A stretch of 32,000 nucleotides of DNA from Sinorhizobium meliloti (GTDB taxonomy: Bacteria; Pseudomonadota; Alphaproteobacteria; Rhizobiales; Rhizobiaceae), in the NCBI RefSeq assembly GCF_017876815.1, contig NZ_JAGIOS010000003.1, forward strand, positions 120,001-152,000. The letters run 5' to 3'. Each line of letters starts with the position of its first letter. Position 1 is the first letter of the stretch. Position numbers and translations under genes: made by a program. Positions 1 to 8,145 of this stretch are shown here, one piece after another. The notes under the pieces are model-generated. The model saw only the letters and a list, made by a program, of their open reading frames with translations. It ran no database searches and was not told the DNA's origin.

Positions 1-861
1 GAAGCCGGCGCCCTGACTCTCGACCAGGCGCATGGAGCGCGGATTGATCGTGGCGGCGAGGTGGATGTCGCCGGACAAGAGCGCATTCACCCGGGAACTG
101 TCGTCGCTGATCGCGAAGTACTCGAAAGAGTCCACGTTCGGTCCGGACTTCCAGTAGTTCTTGTTCTTGATGCCGACGGAGCGCACGCCAGGCTCGAAGA
201 CTTCTCTCACGAAAGCGCCGGTGCCGTTCCCTTTTGAGAAGTCGGTGGTGCCGTCGGCGACGATCATGAAGTGGTGCATCGAGAGGATCGTCGGCAGGTC
301 GGCATTAGGGCTCGCAAGCGTGATTTCGACCGTCTGCTTGTCCACCGCCTTGAAGCCCGTCATCTGCGCGGCGATCTTGGCGACCTTTGAACCGACAGAC
401 GGGTCGAGGTGGCGCTTCAGCGAGAAGATCACGTCGTCGGCTGTTAGCGGCTTGCCATCATGGAAGGTGACGCCCTTCCTCAGCTTGACGGTCCAGGTCT
501 TCGCATCCTTGGTTTCGATGGCTTCGGCCAGCTCCATCTGCGGCGTGCCGCCTTTATCGAGGAAGGCGAGGCGGTTATAGAAGGAGCAGCAGCGGACATA
601 GTCGGTGGAGAGCGATGCCTTGGCCGGATCGAGCGTGTCGGCGGTGGAAGCCGACCACCCGGCCGCTCTGAGCGTACCGCCGGAGACCGGCGTTGCAGCA
701 ACCGCATTCCCGGCTCGGCCGAGCACCAGGCTGCCGGCGGAGAGGGCGGCACCGCCGGCCAGCATCATCTGCAGGAGCTCGCGGCGTGTCGCTCCGCGAC
801 GAATGGCCGTTTCGACCATAGCGTCGTCGGATCTGGTCCAGTTGGTGATCTTGTCGTTCAT
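1..861 (-). CDS. ABC transporter substrate-binding protein, family 5 (peptide/opine/nickel type), Tat signal; 3' end lies outside the window
   Basis: Absent from the ORF track because there is no stop inside the window. A reverse-strand ATG at 861-859 is preceded by AAAGGGGAA. My translation: MNDKITNWTRSDDAMVETAIRRGATRRELLQMMLAGGAALSAGSLVLGRAGNAVAATPVSGGTLRAAGW...KTWTVKLRKGVTFHDGKPLTADDVIFSLKRHLDP... It has a twin-arginine motif (TRRELL) and the LRKGVxFHDGxPxTAxDV block typical of SBP_bac_5 proteins. The frame stays open to base 1. Confidence 0.85.
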   Translation of the reverse strand, partial: MNDKITNWTRSDDAMVETAIRRGATRRELLQMMLAGGAALSAGSLVLGRAGNAVAATPVSGGTLRAAGWSASTADTLDPAKASLSTDYVRCCSFYNRLAFLDKGGTPQMELAEAIETKDAKTWTVKLRKGVTFHDGKPLTADDVIFSLKRHLDPSVGSKVAKIAAQMTGFKAVDKQTVEITLASPNADLPTILSMHHFMIVADGTTDFSKGNGTGAFVREVFEPGVRSVGIKNKNYWKSGPNVDSFEYFAISDDSSRVNALLSGDIHLAATINPRSMRLVESQGAGF

Positions 862-929
862 GTCATTCCCCTTTTCGTTTGTGGCGGCTGCCCGTCTTAC
901 GCGGGTTCGGACCCGATACGGTGAACTGG

Positions 930-1613
930 TCAGCCGCGTGCGACGACCACGGCATCGGCAAGAGCGGCCATGGAGGTGAAATGGTAATCGGGTGCGGTGA
1001 ATTCGGCGGGCTCAATAGTGCCGCCATAGCCCTTCTGTGCGTGGCGACGCTCGATCCAACAGTTGGCCAACCCGAGCTTCCGGGAAATGCCGATATCGTG
1101 ATATTGGCTCTGGGCGACATGCAGAATGTCGTCCTTTGAATTTCCTTCCGAGCCGACGAAATCGAAGACCTTCTCGAAGAAGACGGGGTCCGGTTTTTCA
1201 GTCCCGGTATCGTCGGCCGTAAATGCCGCGTAAAAAGGGTTGCCCAGCTGCTGGGCGAAGAGATCGAAGGCCCAGCGACGGGCATTGGTCATCGCCACGA
1301 GCCGGCAACTTTTGGCAAGCCGTGCCAGCGCCTCGGCGCTGTCGGCAAAACCTTTCCAGTTCTTCGTGGAGTCCCTGAAACGTTCTCCATATTTCGGTTC
1401 GGCTGGCAGGCCAAGCTTTGGCGCGATTTCAAGGTAGACCCGTACGAGGTCGTCTGGGAAGAGGTCGGCGTCCTTGGAATAGCGCGCTGCGCGGTAAAGG
1501 CTGAGCGCTTCCTCGCCATCGATCGCGACACCTGCCTCGGCGGCAATGCCGGCGAGACAGTCCTTGAGGCCACCTTCGAAGTCGATCAGGGTGCCGACGA
1601 CGTCGAAAGTCAT
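930..1613 (-). CDS. HAD-superfamily hydrolase, haloacid dehalogenase type II-like
   Basis: This is the ORF 930..1883 trimmed to the ATG at 1613, which has AGGAG 9 nt upstream. The N-terminus MTFDVVGTLIDFEGG carries the FDxxGTL nucleophile motif of L-2-haloacid dehalogenase-type HADs, and the C-terminal part reads ...DDTGTEKPDPVFF...HVAQSQYHDI. A GTG at 1643 is an alternative start. Confidence 0.8.
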   Translation of the reverse strand: MTFDVVGTLIDFEGGLKDCLAGIAAEAGVAIDGEEALSLYRAARYSKDADLFPDDLVRVYLEIAPKLGLPAEPKYGERFRDSTKNWKGFADSAEALARLAKSCRLVAMTNARRWAFDLFAQQLGNPFYAAFTADDTGTEKPDPVFFEKVFDFVGSEGNSKDDILHVAQSQYHDIGISRKLGLANCWIERRHAQKGYGGTIEPAEFTAPDYHFTSMAALADAVVVARG

Positions 1614-1860
1614 GTATTTGAACTCCTGAAGGCTCTTGCGCACGTCGATACCCCAGTTTTTCGGGCGCTCCCTCGGGAGCACGGCTTCGTGAAGAAGGTT
1701 ATACTGTTCCCGGCGGCGGGTGATTTTCCCGCTCTTGGTAAAAGGGCTCGAATTTGCTCGGATCCGGTCCTTTTCCTCGACTCCAGTTTGGCACTTGTGC
1801 TGCACGGAAGTGGCCGAAAAGACATTCTGAAGCGGCACAAAATTCCGAATATGACGTTTT

Positions 1861-1874
1861 CGCGATATATCGCG
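1861..1874. promoter_or_regulatory. Perfect 14-bp palindrome CGCGATATATCGCG, a possible operator or small hairpin
   Basis: Read directly from the sequence. It lies 13 nt downstream of the aminotransferase stop, inside a 273-nt lower-GC spacer. No U-tract follows it on the minus strand, so it is not a classical terminator. Confidence 0.3.
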
Positions 1875-1886
1875 CCCCGTCATGCG

Positions 1887-3263
1887 TCAGGTCTTCAGAG
1901 CCCGGCGAACGTCCGGGTCCTCCAGGGTCTCATCCAGTGATTGGCGGGTGCGCTCGATAATCGCGTCGATTTCCGTTTCGCTGCAGCAGAGAGGCGGCGC
2001 ATAGCCGAGCACGCCATTGGCGAAGGCGCGGATGACGAGACCATTTTCCCAGGCACGGTCGAAGATGCGGCGCGCAGGTTCCGCGGCTGCCGGCAAAGGG
2101 GTCTTCTGCGCCTTGTCGACGACGAGTTCAATGGCCGCGAGCATGCCACGGCCGCGCACGTCGCCGACGAGCGGGTGATCCCTCAGGCTTCCGAGACCTT
2201 CCATCAGTCGGGCACCGGCCTTCACGCCGTTCTCCAAAAGACCGTTCTCGTAAAGCCTCAGCACCTCGAGGCCGACGGCGGCGCTGACCGGGTGGGCCGA
2301 ATAGGTGTAGCCGTGGCCAACGGCGGAAGCGCCGGCACCGTCGGCTATCGTCTGGTAGATGTGGTCGGCCATGAAGACGGCACCCATCGGCACATAGCCG
2401 GAAGTGAGACCTTTGGCCGTGGTGATGAAGTCCGGCACGATCTCTTCTTCGGTCGAGGCAAAGAGCGGACCGGTGCGCCCGAAGCCGGTGATCACCTCGT
2501 CGGCCACGAAGAGGATGCCGAGGTCGCGGCAGAGCTCGCGCATCGCCTTCACCCAGCCCCTGGGCGGCACAAGCACGCCGCCCGACCCCTGGATAGGTTC
2601 GGCATAGAAGGCAGCAACGCGCTCGGGGCCGATTTCCTCGACCTTGCGCCTGAGGGCTGTGAGCGAGGCCGCGATGATCGCCTGCGGATCATCACCCACC
2701 GGATTGCGGTAGGCGTAGTGCGACGGAATTTTGTGCTGCCAGTCGAAGGGTATGCCGAAGCCGGTGTGGAAGGCGGGCAGCGCCGTCAGGCCCGCCCCGA
2801 CGGTCGAGGAACCGTGGTAGCCTTGCTCGACCGAGATGAACTGGTCGCGCTGCGGCTCGCCCCGCGCAATCCAGTAGTAGCGGATGAAGCGGATCGTACT
2901 GTCGACGGCGTCGGAGCCGCCGAGCGTGAAATAAACATGATTTAAATTGCCCGGCGCGCGCTCTGCGAGTTCCGAGGCGAGGCGGATCGCCGGTTCCGAA
3001 CCGAGGCCGAAATAGGCCGTCGCGTAGGACAGCTCGCGCATCTGCTTTGCCGCCGCCTCGACGATTGTCTCGTGGCCATAGCCGGCATTGACGCACCAGA
3101 GACCGGCAAAGCCGTCGATCAGTTGCTTGCCTGAAGCGTCGGTGACCGTCGCGCCTTTGGCCGAGGCAAGCACGCGCACGCCGAGCTTTTCGTGGCCGCG
3201 ATAGGAGGCGACCGGATGGATGAGGTGGGCGCGATCGAGTTCGATGAGGGAGTTGCTGTACAT
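1887..3263 (-). CDS. Class-III (omega-amine:oxoacid) aminotransferase, PLP-dependent
   Basis: The protein has GLWCVNAGYGH, YHGSS, EPIQGSGGV, DEVITGFGRTG and TTAKGLTSGY (PLP-lysine region), and aligns along its length with SpuC/GABA-AT-type enzymes. The ATG at 3263 has GGAGG 6 nt upstream. The track start at 3266 is a TTG one codon earlier. Confidence 0.9.
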   Translation of the reverse strand: MYSNSLIELDRAHLIHPVASYRGHEKLGVRVLASAKGATVTDASGKQLIDGFAGLWCVNAGYGHETIVEAAAKQMRELSYATAYFGLGSEPAIRLASELAERAPGNLNHVYFTLGGSDAVDSTIRFIRYYWIARGEPQRDQFISVEQGYHGSSTVGAGLTALPAFHTGFGIPFDWQHKIPSHYAYRNPVGDDPQAIIAASLTALRRKVEEIGPERVAAFYAEPIQGSGGVLVPPRGWVKAMRELCRDLGILFVADEVITGFGRTGPLFASTEEEIVPDFITTAKGLTSGYVPMGAVFMADHIYQTIADGAGASAVGHGYTYSAHPVSAAVGLEVLRLYENGLLENGVKAGARLMEGLGSLRDHPLVGDVRGRGMLAAIELVVDKAQKTPLPAAAEPARRIFDRAWENGLVIRAFANGVLGYAPPLCCSETEIDAIIERTRQSLDETLEDPDVRRALKT

Positions 3264-3277
3264 CAAGAACCTCCGGA

Positions 3278-4114
3278 TCAGCCGAGCGCCTGGTTGGCGA
3301 GGGCAAAGGTGTTAGCGATGGGATCGGCGGCGCGGCGGATCGGTGGCTTCATCATGGCGATGCCGCCGCCGACATGAGCGAGCCCCTGTTCGGCAAGCCA
3401 TACGGAGAGGCCCGTGCCGGCGGTCGTATCGACGCGGAGGAACCGGCCCGGCCGTGCGGCGATGAAATGGGCGACGAGTGCCTTGGCATTATCGAGGTCG
3501 GCGGCGACCACGGGACCGATGACCTCGCCACGGCCGAAGGCACGCAGCGCGGCGAACCCGGTGACGCGGCCGTCGCGGCGAAGGACGGCGAATTCGCCCA
3601 CCTTGGCGAGATAGGCAATCAACGCTCCACGGTCGGCGCCGAAGGCAAGGCGGTCGAGTTTGGCGATCGCTTCGACATCGGCGGTGCTCGCAGCCTCCGG
3701 TTCGGCCGCTGCGGCGATTTCTCCGACTACGCCCTGATGCTGCAGGACGGCGTCGCTCTCGCCAAAACCGAGCTTGTCATAGAGCGGCAGGCCTTCGGCC
3801 GTCGCCACCAGCCGGAGCGGCCGGTCGCCGGCGATCCGGAATGCGGCGTCCATCAGCTTGCGACCGAGGCCGCGACCGCGCACCGCCTCGTCGACGATGA
3901 CCATGTTGATGGTCGCGCAGTCCCTTTTATATGGGGTGACAAGCACGGTGCCGACGACCCGCCCGTCCTCAACGGCGACGATACCTTCGCTCAAGGCGAG
4001 CGCCATCTGCCAGTCTTCCAGCCGATGCGGCCAACCGGCCTGCCGCGAGAGCCTGATGGCGGCTTCAAGATACTCGGGACCGAAGGCGGTGAGTTCGATC
4101 TCATTTGTCTGCAT
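3278..4114 (-). CDS. GNAT-family N-acyltransferase with an additional C-terminal (YitH-like) domain
   Basis: An acetyl-CoA motif RGRGLGRKLM follows the beta-strand INMVIVDEAV. There is a second ~130-aa domain ending ...FALANQALG. The ATG at 4114 has AAGGA 7 nt upstream, whereas the track ATG at 4129 has no SD. The stop lies 11 nt before the aminotransferase SD. Confidence 0.8.
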   Translation of the reverse strand: MQTNEIELTAFGPEYLEAAIRLSRQAGWPHRLEDWQMALALSEGIVAVEDGRVVGTVLVTPYKRDCATINMVIVDEAVRGRGLGRKLMDAAFRIAGDRPLRLVATAEGLPLYDKLGFGESDAVLQHQGVVGEIAAAAEPEAASTADVEAIAKLDRLAFGADRGALIAYLAKVGEFAVLRRDGRVTGFAALRAFGRGEVIGPVVAADLDNAKALVAHFIAARPGRFLRVDTTAGTGLSVWLAEQGLAHVGGGIAMMKPPIRRAADPIANTFALANQALG

Positions 4115-4430
4115 GGGGATGTCCTTCATTTCTGCTCTGAAGTCTGAAGGAGTGCCGGCCGGCAGTTCGTCTGAAGGCTGCGGTCCAAGCGAAATCTTAT
4201 AGCTTTGCTCTCACGGACCGCCGCATCTTATGCTGCCAGGCAAGAACGGCAGCGAAAATCTGGGCGGCAATAAGCAGAGCGGCAGGCAAAGCTCGCAACC
4301 TTCTGCCAAAGCCGACTTTGGATACGATAGATTCTGCTTCTATTCTTGCGAAATCAGGTGAGCCGAGGAATGAGCTGGCGCCTATGATCTTACACGTAAA
4401 CCCTGGTCCGCTCTTTCGAGGATAGTTCAC

Positions 4431-5099
4431 ATGTCGATCTTCCGTCCGAAATACATCACCTTCGATTGCTATGGCACGCTAACCAACTTCCAGATGGCGG
4501 AAGCGGCGCGCGACCTTTACAGCGAACAGCTCGACGAGGCGCGCATGGCGGAATTTATCAAGAATTTCGCTGCCTACCGCCTCGACGAGATCCTCGGCGA
4601 CTGGAAGCCCTATGCGGAGGTGGTGCATAATTCGCTCGAACGGACCTGCAAGCGCAACGGCATTGAATTCCGCGAGGAAGCGGCGCGCATGGTCTATGAA
4701 CGCGTCCCGACCTGGGGTCCGCACGCCGACGTACCGGCGGGGCTCGCCAGGGTCGCCAAGGAGATCCCGCTTGTCATCCTGTCCAACGCGATGAACTCGC
4801 AGATCATGTCGAATGTCGAGAAGCTCGGCGCTCCTTTCCACGCGGTCTATACCGCGGAACAGGCGCTGGCTTACAAGCCACGTTTCAAGGCGTTCGAATA
4901 CATGCTCGACATGCTCGGCTGCGGTCCGGAGGATATTCTCCATTGTTCATCCTCCTTTCGCTATGACCTGATGTCGGCGCATGACCTCGGCATCAAGAAC
5001 AAGGTCTGGGTGAATCGCGGCCATGAGCCGGCCAACCCCTATTACGGCTACGTGGAGATCGCCGACATTTCGGGGCTTCCTGGCGTCGTCGGTCTTTAG
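4431..5099 (+). CDS. HAD-superfamily hydrolase, haloacid dehalogenase type II-like (paralog of 930..1613)
   Basis: The N-terminus is MSIFRPKYITFDCYGTLTNF (FDxYGTL motif) and GAGGA lies 8 nt upstream of the ATG. It is followed 16 nt later by the oxidoreductase gene. Confidence 0.85.
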   Translation: MSIFRPKYITFDCYGTLTNFQMAEAARDLYSEQLDEARMAEFIKNFAAYRLDEILGDWKPYAEVVHNSLERTCKRNGIEFREEAARMVYERVPTWGPHADVPAGLARVAKEIPLVILSNAMNSQIMSNVEKLGAPFHAVYTAEQALAYKPRFKAFEYMLDMLGCGPEDILHCSSSFRYDLMSAHDLGIKNKVWVNRGHEPANPYYGYVEIADISGLPGVVGL

Positions 5100-5115
5100 A
5101 GAGAGGCGTAGCGCC

Positions 5116-6393
5116 ATGAAATTCCTGTCCTACTGGCACGACACCGCCCCGGCCTTTGCCGGGGCTGCTCAGGGTTCGGTCGAAGGCCATTTCGACGTCG
5201 CCGTGATCGGCGGCGGCTTCACCGGCCTCGCTGCTGCTCGGCAGCTCGCCAAGGCGGGCTCGAAGGTCGTCGTGCTGGAGGCGGAGAAGGTCGGCTGGGG
5301 CGCCTCCGGCCGCAATGGCGGACACCTCAACAACGGACTTGCGCATAGCTATCTGGCGGCCAAAGCGGAGCTCGGCAAGGAGCGGGCGATCGCGCTTTAC
5401 AAGGCGCTCGACGACTCGATCGACACGATTGAGGCATTGATCGCGGAGGAGGGAATCGACTGCAGTCTCCGCCGCGCCGGCAAGCTGAAGCTCGCCTCCA
5501 AGCCTCAGCATTTCGAGACGATCGCACGCAACTTCGAAGCCGTGCACGCGGAGGTCGATCCCGACACGGCGCTACTTAGCGCAGACGACCTTAAGCAGGA
5601 ACTCGGCGCGCCTTTCTTCGGCGCCATGCTCTCGAAGAAAAGCGCGATGATGCATATGGGCCGTTACGTCGTCGGTCTCGCCGAAGCGGCCACGCGTCAC
5701 GGCGCCACGATCTTCGAGCAGGCAGCCGTCACTGAGCATCGACAGGAAGGCGGCGGTCGGCACGCGTTGAAGACCACGCGCGGCAACGTCACTGCGGATG
5801 CAGTGCTCGTCGCCACCGGCGCCTATACGCCTTCGGCCTTCGGCTATTTCCGCCGCAGGATCATCGCGGTCGGCAGCTTCATCATTGCCACCCGGCCGCT
5901 GACGGCGGAGGAGATCGAGGCGACGATGCCGGGCAACCGCACCTGCGTCACGTCGATGAACATCGGCAACTATTTCAGGCTCTCGCCAGACAGCCGGCTG
6001 ATCTTCGGCGGCCGCGCCCGCTTCTCGGCGACGTCCGACCAACGCTCGGACGCGAAAAGCGGTGCGATCCTCAAGGCGAGTCTGGCCGAGATCTTTCCGC
6101 AGCTCGCCAAGGTCGACATCGATTATTGCTGGGGCGGTCTCGTCGACATGACCAAAGACCGCTTCCCCCGCGCCGGCTATCACGATGGAGTCTGGTACGC
6201 CATGGGCTATTCCGGCCATGGCGCACAGCTTTCGACTCATCTTGGGATGATCATTGCGGACGCGATCCTCGGCCGGCCGGACCGAAATCCACTGAAGGGT
6301 TTCGAGTGGCCGGCGGTGCCGGGCCATTTCGGCAAACCATGGTTTCTGCCGCTCGTGGGCATGTATTACAAGATGCTGGACAGGGTCGGGTAG
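5116..6393 (+). CDS. FAD-dependent oxidoreductase, DAO family, gamma-glutamylputrescine oxidase (PuuB)-like
   Basis: It has a dinucleotide fold DVAVIGGGFTGLAAARQLAKAG...GASGRNGGH and, later, NYFRLSPDSRLIFGGR and GYSGHGAQ. The C-terminal ...YYKMLDRVG parallels E. coli PuuB as I recall it. I chose the ATG at 5116 (MKFLSYWHD). The track ORF start at 5023 overlaps the preceding gene. Confidence 0.85.
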   Translation: MKFLSYWHDTAPAFAGAAQGSVEGHFDVAVIGGGFTGLAAARQLAKAGSKVVVLEAEKVGWGASGRNGGHLNNGLAHSYLAAKAELGKERAIALYKALDDSIDTIEALIAEEGIDCSLRRAGKLKLASKPQHFETIARNFEAVHAEVDPDTALLSADDLKQELGAPFFGAMLSKKSAMMHMGRYVVGLAEAATRHGATIFEQAAVTEHRQEGGGRHALKTTRGNVTADAVLVATGAYTPSAFGYFRRRIIAVGSFIIATRPLTAEEIEATMPGNRTCVTSMNIGNYFRLSPDSRLIFGGRARFSATSDQRSDAKSGAILKASLAEIFPQLAKVDIDYCWGGLVDMTKDRFPRAGYHDGVWYAMGYSGHGAQLSTHLGMIIADAILGRPDRNPLKGFEWPAVPGHFGKPWFLPLVGMYYKMLDRVG

Positions 6394-6411
6394 ACAGCGC
6401 AGGCTTATAAG

Positions 6412-6445
6412 GAAGGGCGCGGACCGGAAAGGTGCCGCGCCCTTC
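6412..6445 (+). terminator. Putative rho-independent terminator after the oxidoreductase gene
   Basis: An 11-bp perfect stem GAAGGGCGCGG / CCGCGCCCTTC (6412-6422 and 6435-6445) encloses a 12-nt loop and is followed by TTGCTT. It sits 19 nt after the stop. Confidence 0.55.
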
Positions 6446-6617
6446 TTGCTTGGAGATTTAGCCTGAGCATGCTGCCTAAGGCGTGCAGCAGTCTTGCGGC
6501 GGCGACATGCGCAAGGACAAGGAACTGAAGCGCCTCGCATGCGCTTGAGGGCGGGATGAGGAATGGACGGTGGCTTTCCGCGCCCATAGCGCTCTAACCT
6601 GACAACCCGATCAAGTT

Positions 6618-6659
6618 TAGGGTCTTGGGTCGATCCGACCCAAGATCCTCGGGACCCTA
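6618..6659 (-). terminator. Nested inverted repeat overlapping the gabD stop codon (possible terminator or intergenic repeat)
   Basis: The inner perfect 9-bp stem is CTTGGGTCG-atc-CGACCCAAG (6624-6644). The outer arms are TAGGGT (6618-6623) and ACCCTA (6654-6659). No clear U-tract follows on the minus strand. Confidence 0.35.
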
Positions 6660-8111
6660 GTCCAGCCCCCCGATGTGGAAGCTCTTCATCTCGAGATATT
6701 CTTCGATGCCGACCTGGGCGCCCTCGCGTCCGAGGCCGGATTGCTTGACGCCGCCGAAGGGCGCGACTTCGGTCGAGATGGCGCCGGTGTTAAGGCCGAT
6801 CATGCCAAACTCCAGTGCTTCCGCCACCCGCCAGGAGCGCTTCAGGCCTTCGGTGTAGAAATAAGCGGCCAGCCCAAAGGGCGTGCCGTTGGCGATGGCG
6901 ATCGCCTCGTCTTCGGTCTCGAAGCGGAAGAGCGGGGCAACGGGACCGAAGGTTTCCTCGCTGGCGAGCAGCATGTCCGTGGTGGCGCCGGTGAGCACAA
7001 TCGGGGCCGTATATTGCCGGCCCCCCGGCACCGACCTGCCACGCGCCGCCAGCTTTGCGCCCTTGGCAATCGCGTCTTCGACGTGGCGGTCGATCTTGTC
7101 GATCGCAGCCTCATTGATCATCGGGCCAATTGCGATGCCGGGCTCCGTCCCCGGGCCTACCTTCATCGCGTTGACGCGGGCGCCGAGCTTCTCGGCGAAG
7201 GCGTCATAGACGCCGGCCTGCACGAGAATTCGGTTGGCGCAGACGCAGGTCTGCCCGCCATTGCGGAACTTCGACGCGATCGCGCCTTCCACCGCAAGAT
7301 CGAGATTGGCGTCGTCGAAAACGATGAAGGGGGCATTGCCGCCGAGTTCGAGCGAGAGCCGCTTGACGCTGTCTGCAGCGCCGCGCATCAGCAGCGAACC
7401 GACGCGGGTCGAGCCGGTGAAGGAGATCTTGCGTACCGTCTCGTTCGTCATGAACTCGTTACCGATCGCCGTCGGCATGCCCGTGACGATATTGACGACG
7501 CCGGCCGGAATGCCGGCGCGCTCGGCGAGCACGCCGAGGGCGAGCGCCGAGAAGGGCGTGAACTCCGAGGGCTTGATGACCACCGTGCAGCCGGCGGCGA
7601 GCGCCGGGGCGACCTTCCGGGTGATCATCGCGTTGGGGAAATTCCACGGCGTGACGATGGCGCAGACGCCGACCGCTTCCTTCAGCACGACGATGCGGCG
7701 GTCCGACGTCGGGGAGGGAATGGTGTGGCCGCCGATGCGGCGGGATTCTTCCGCGAACCATTTGACAAAGGCGGCGCCGTAGCGGATCTCGCCACGCGCC
7801 TCCTCGAGCGGCTTGCCCTGTTCCATCGTCACGAGCACCGCCAGATCTTCGAGGTTTTCGATCATCAGCGCGTGCCAGCGCTCGAGCACGGCGGCGCGTT
7901 CGGCGTGGGTTTTCTTCTTCCAAGGTCCGAAGGAGGCATTGGCCGCTTCGATGGCCGCGCGGGTTTCGGCCGTTCCCATGTCGGGCACGGTGCCGAGAAC
8001 GGCCTGGTTCGCAGGATCGATGACGTCGACGACCTCGCCCGAAGCTCCGGCGATCCACTCACCGCCGATCAGGCCCAATTGCCGGAAGAGTTCCTTGTCC
8101 TTCAATCTCAT
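6657..8111 (-). CDS. gabD: NAD(P)+-dependent succinate-semialdehyde dehydrogenase
   Basis: The 484-aa protein is collinear with E. coli GabD: LFRQ..LIGGEW, VTPWNFPNAMITRK, LELGGNAPFIVFDDA, GQTCVCANR, EETFGPVAPLFRF and GLGREG..GIEEYLE. Confidence 0.92.
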   Translation of the reverse strand: MRLKDKELFRQLGLIGGEWIAGASGEVVDVIDPANQAVLGTVPDMGTAETRAAIEAANASFGPWKKKTHAERAAVLERWHALMIENLEDLAVLVTMEQGKPLEEARGEIRYGAAFVKWFAEESRRIGGHTIPSPTSDRRIVVLKEAVGVCAIVTPWNFPNAMITRKVAPALAAGCTVVIKPSEFTPFSALALGVLAERAGIPAGVVNIVTGMPTAIGNEFMTNETVRKISFTGSTRVGSLLMRGAADSVKRLSLELGGNAPFIVFDDANLDLAVEGAIASKFRNGGQTCVCANRILVQAGVYDAFAEKLGARVNAMKVGPGTEPGIAIGPMINEAAIDKIDRHVEDAIAKGAKLAARGRSVPGGRQYTAPIVLTGATTDMLLASEETFGPVAPLFRFETEDEAIAIANGTPFGLAAYFYTEGLKRSWRVAEALEFGMIGLNTGAISTEVAPFGGVKQSGLGREGAQVGIEEYLEMKSFHIGGLD

Positions 8112-8140
8112 GTGTTTATCCCTCCTGTGTTTATCCCTCT
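8111..8140. repeat. Tandem 15-bp duplication (14/15 identical) covering the gabD Shine-Dalgarno and spacer
   Basis: The units are 8111-8125 TGTGTTTATCCCTCC and 8126-8140 TGTGTTTATCCCTCT. On the coding strand this reads AGAGGGATAAACACA GGAGGGATAAACAC-ATG. Confidence 0.9.
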
Positions 8141-8145
8141 TGCGA

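Noticed and set aside
1614-1883. A 90-codon N-terminal extension of the HAD gene (track ORF 930..1883), whose ATG sits 3 nt from the aminotransferase stop
   Set aside because: The extension has lower GC3 and a K/R-rich, non-HAD-like sequence, and the paralog starts about 10 residues before the FDxYGTL motif. A good AGGAG-N9-ATG exists at 1613. I kept it as a finding because the open frame is odd.
4197-4430. A 77-aa minus-strand ORF in the divergent GNAT/HAD promoter region
   Set aside because: It has no SD and no family resemblance. It occupies the only available promoter space between two divergent operons, and its composition looks non-coding.
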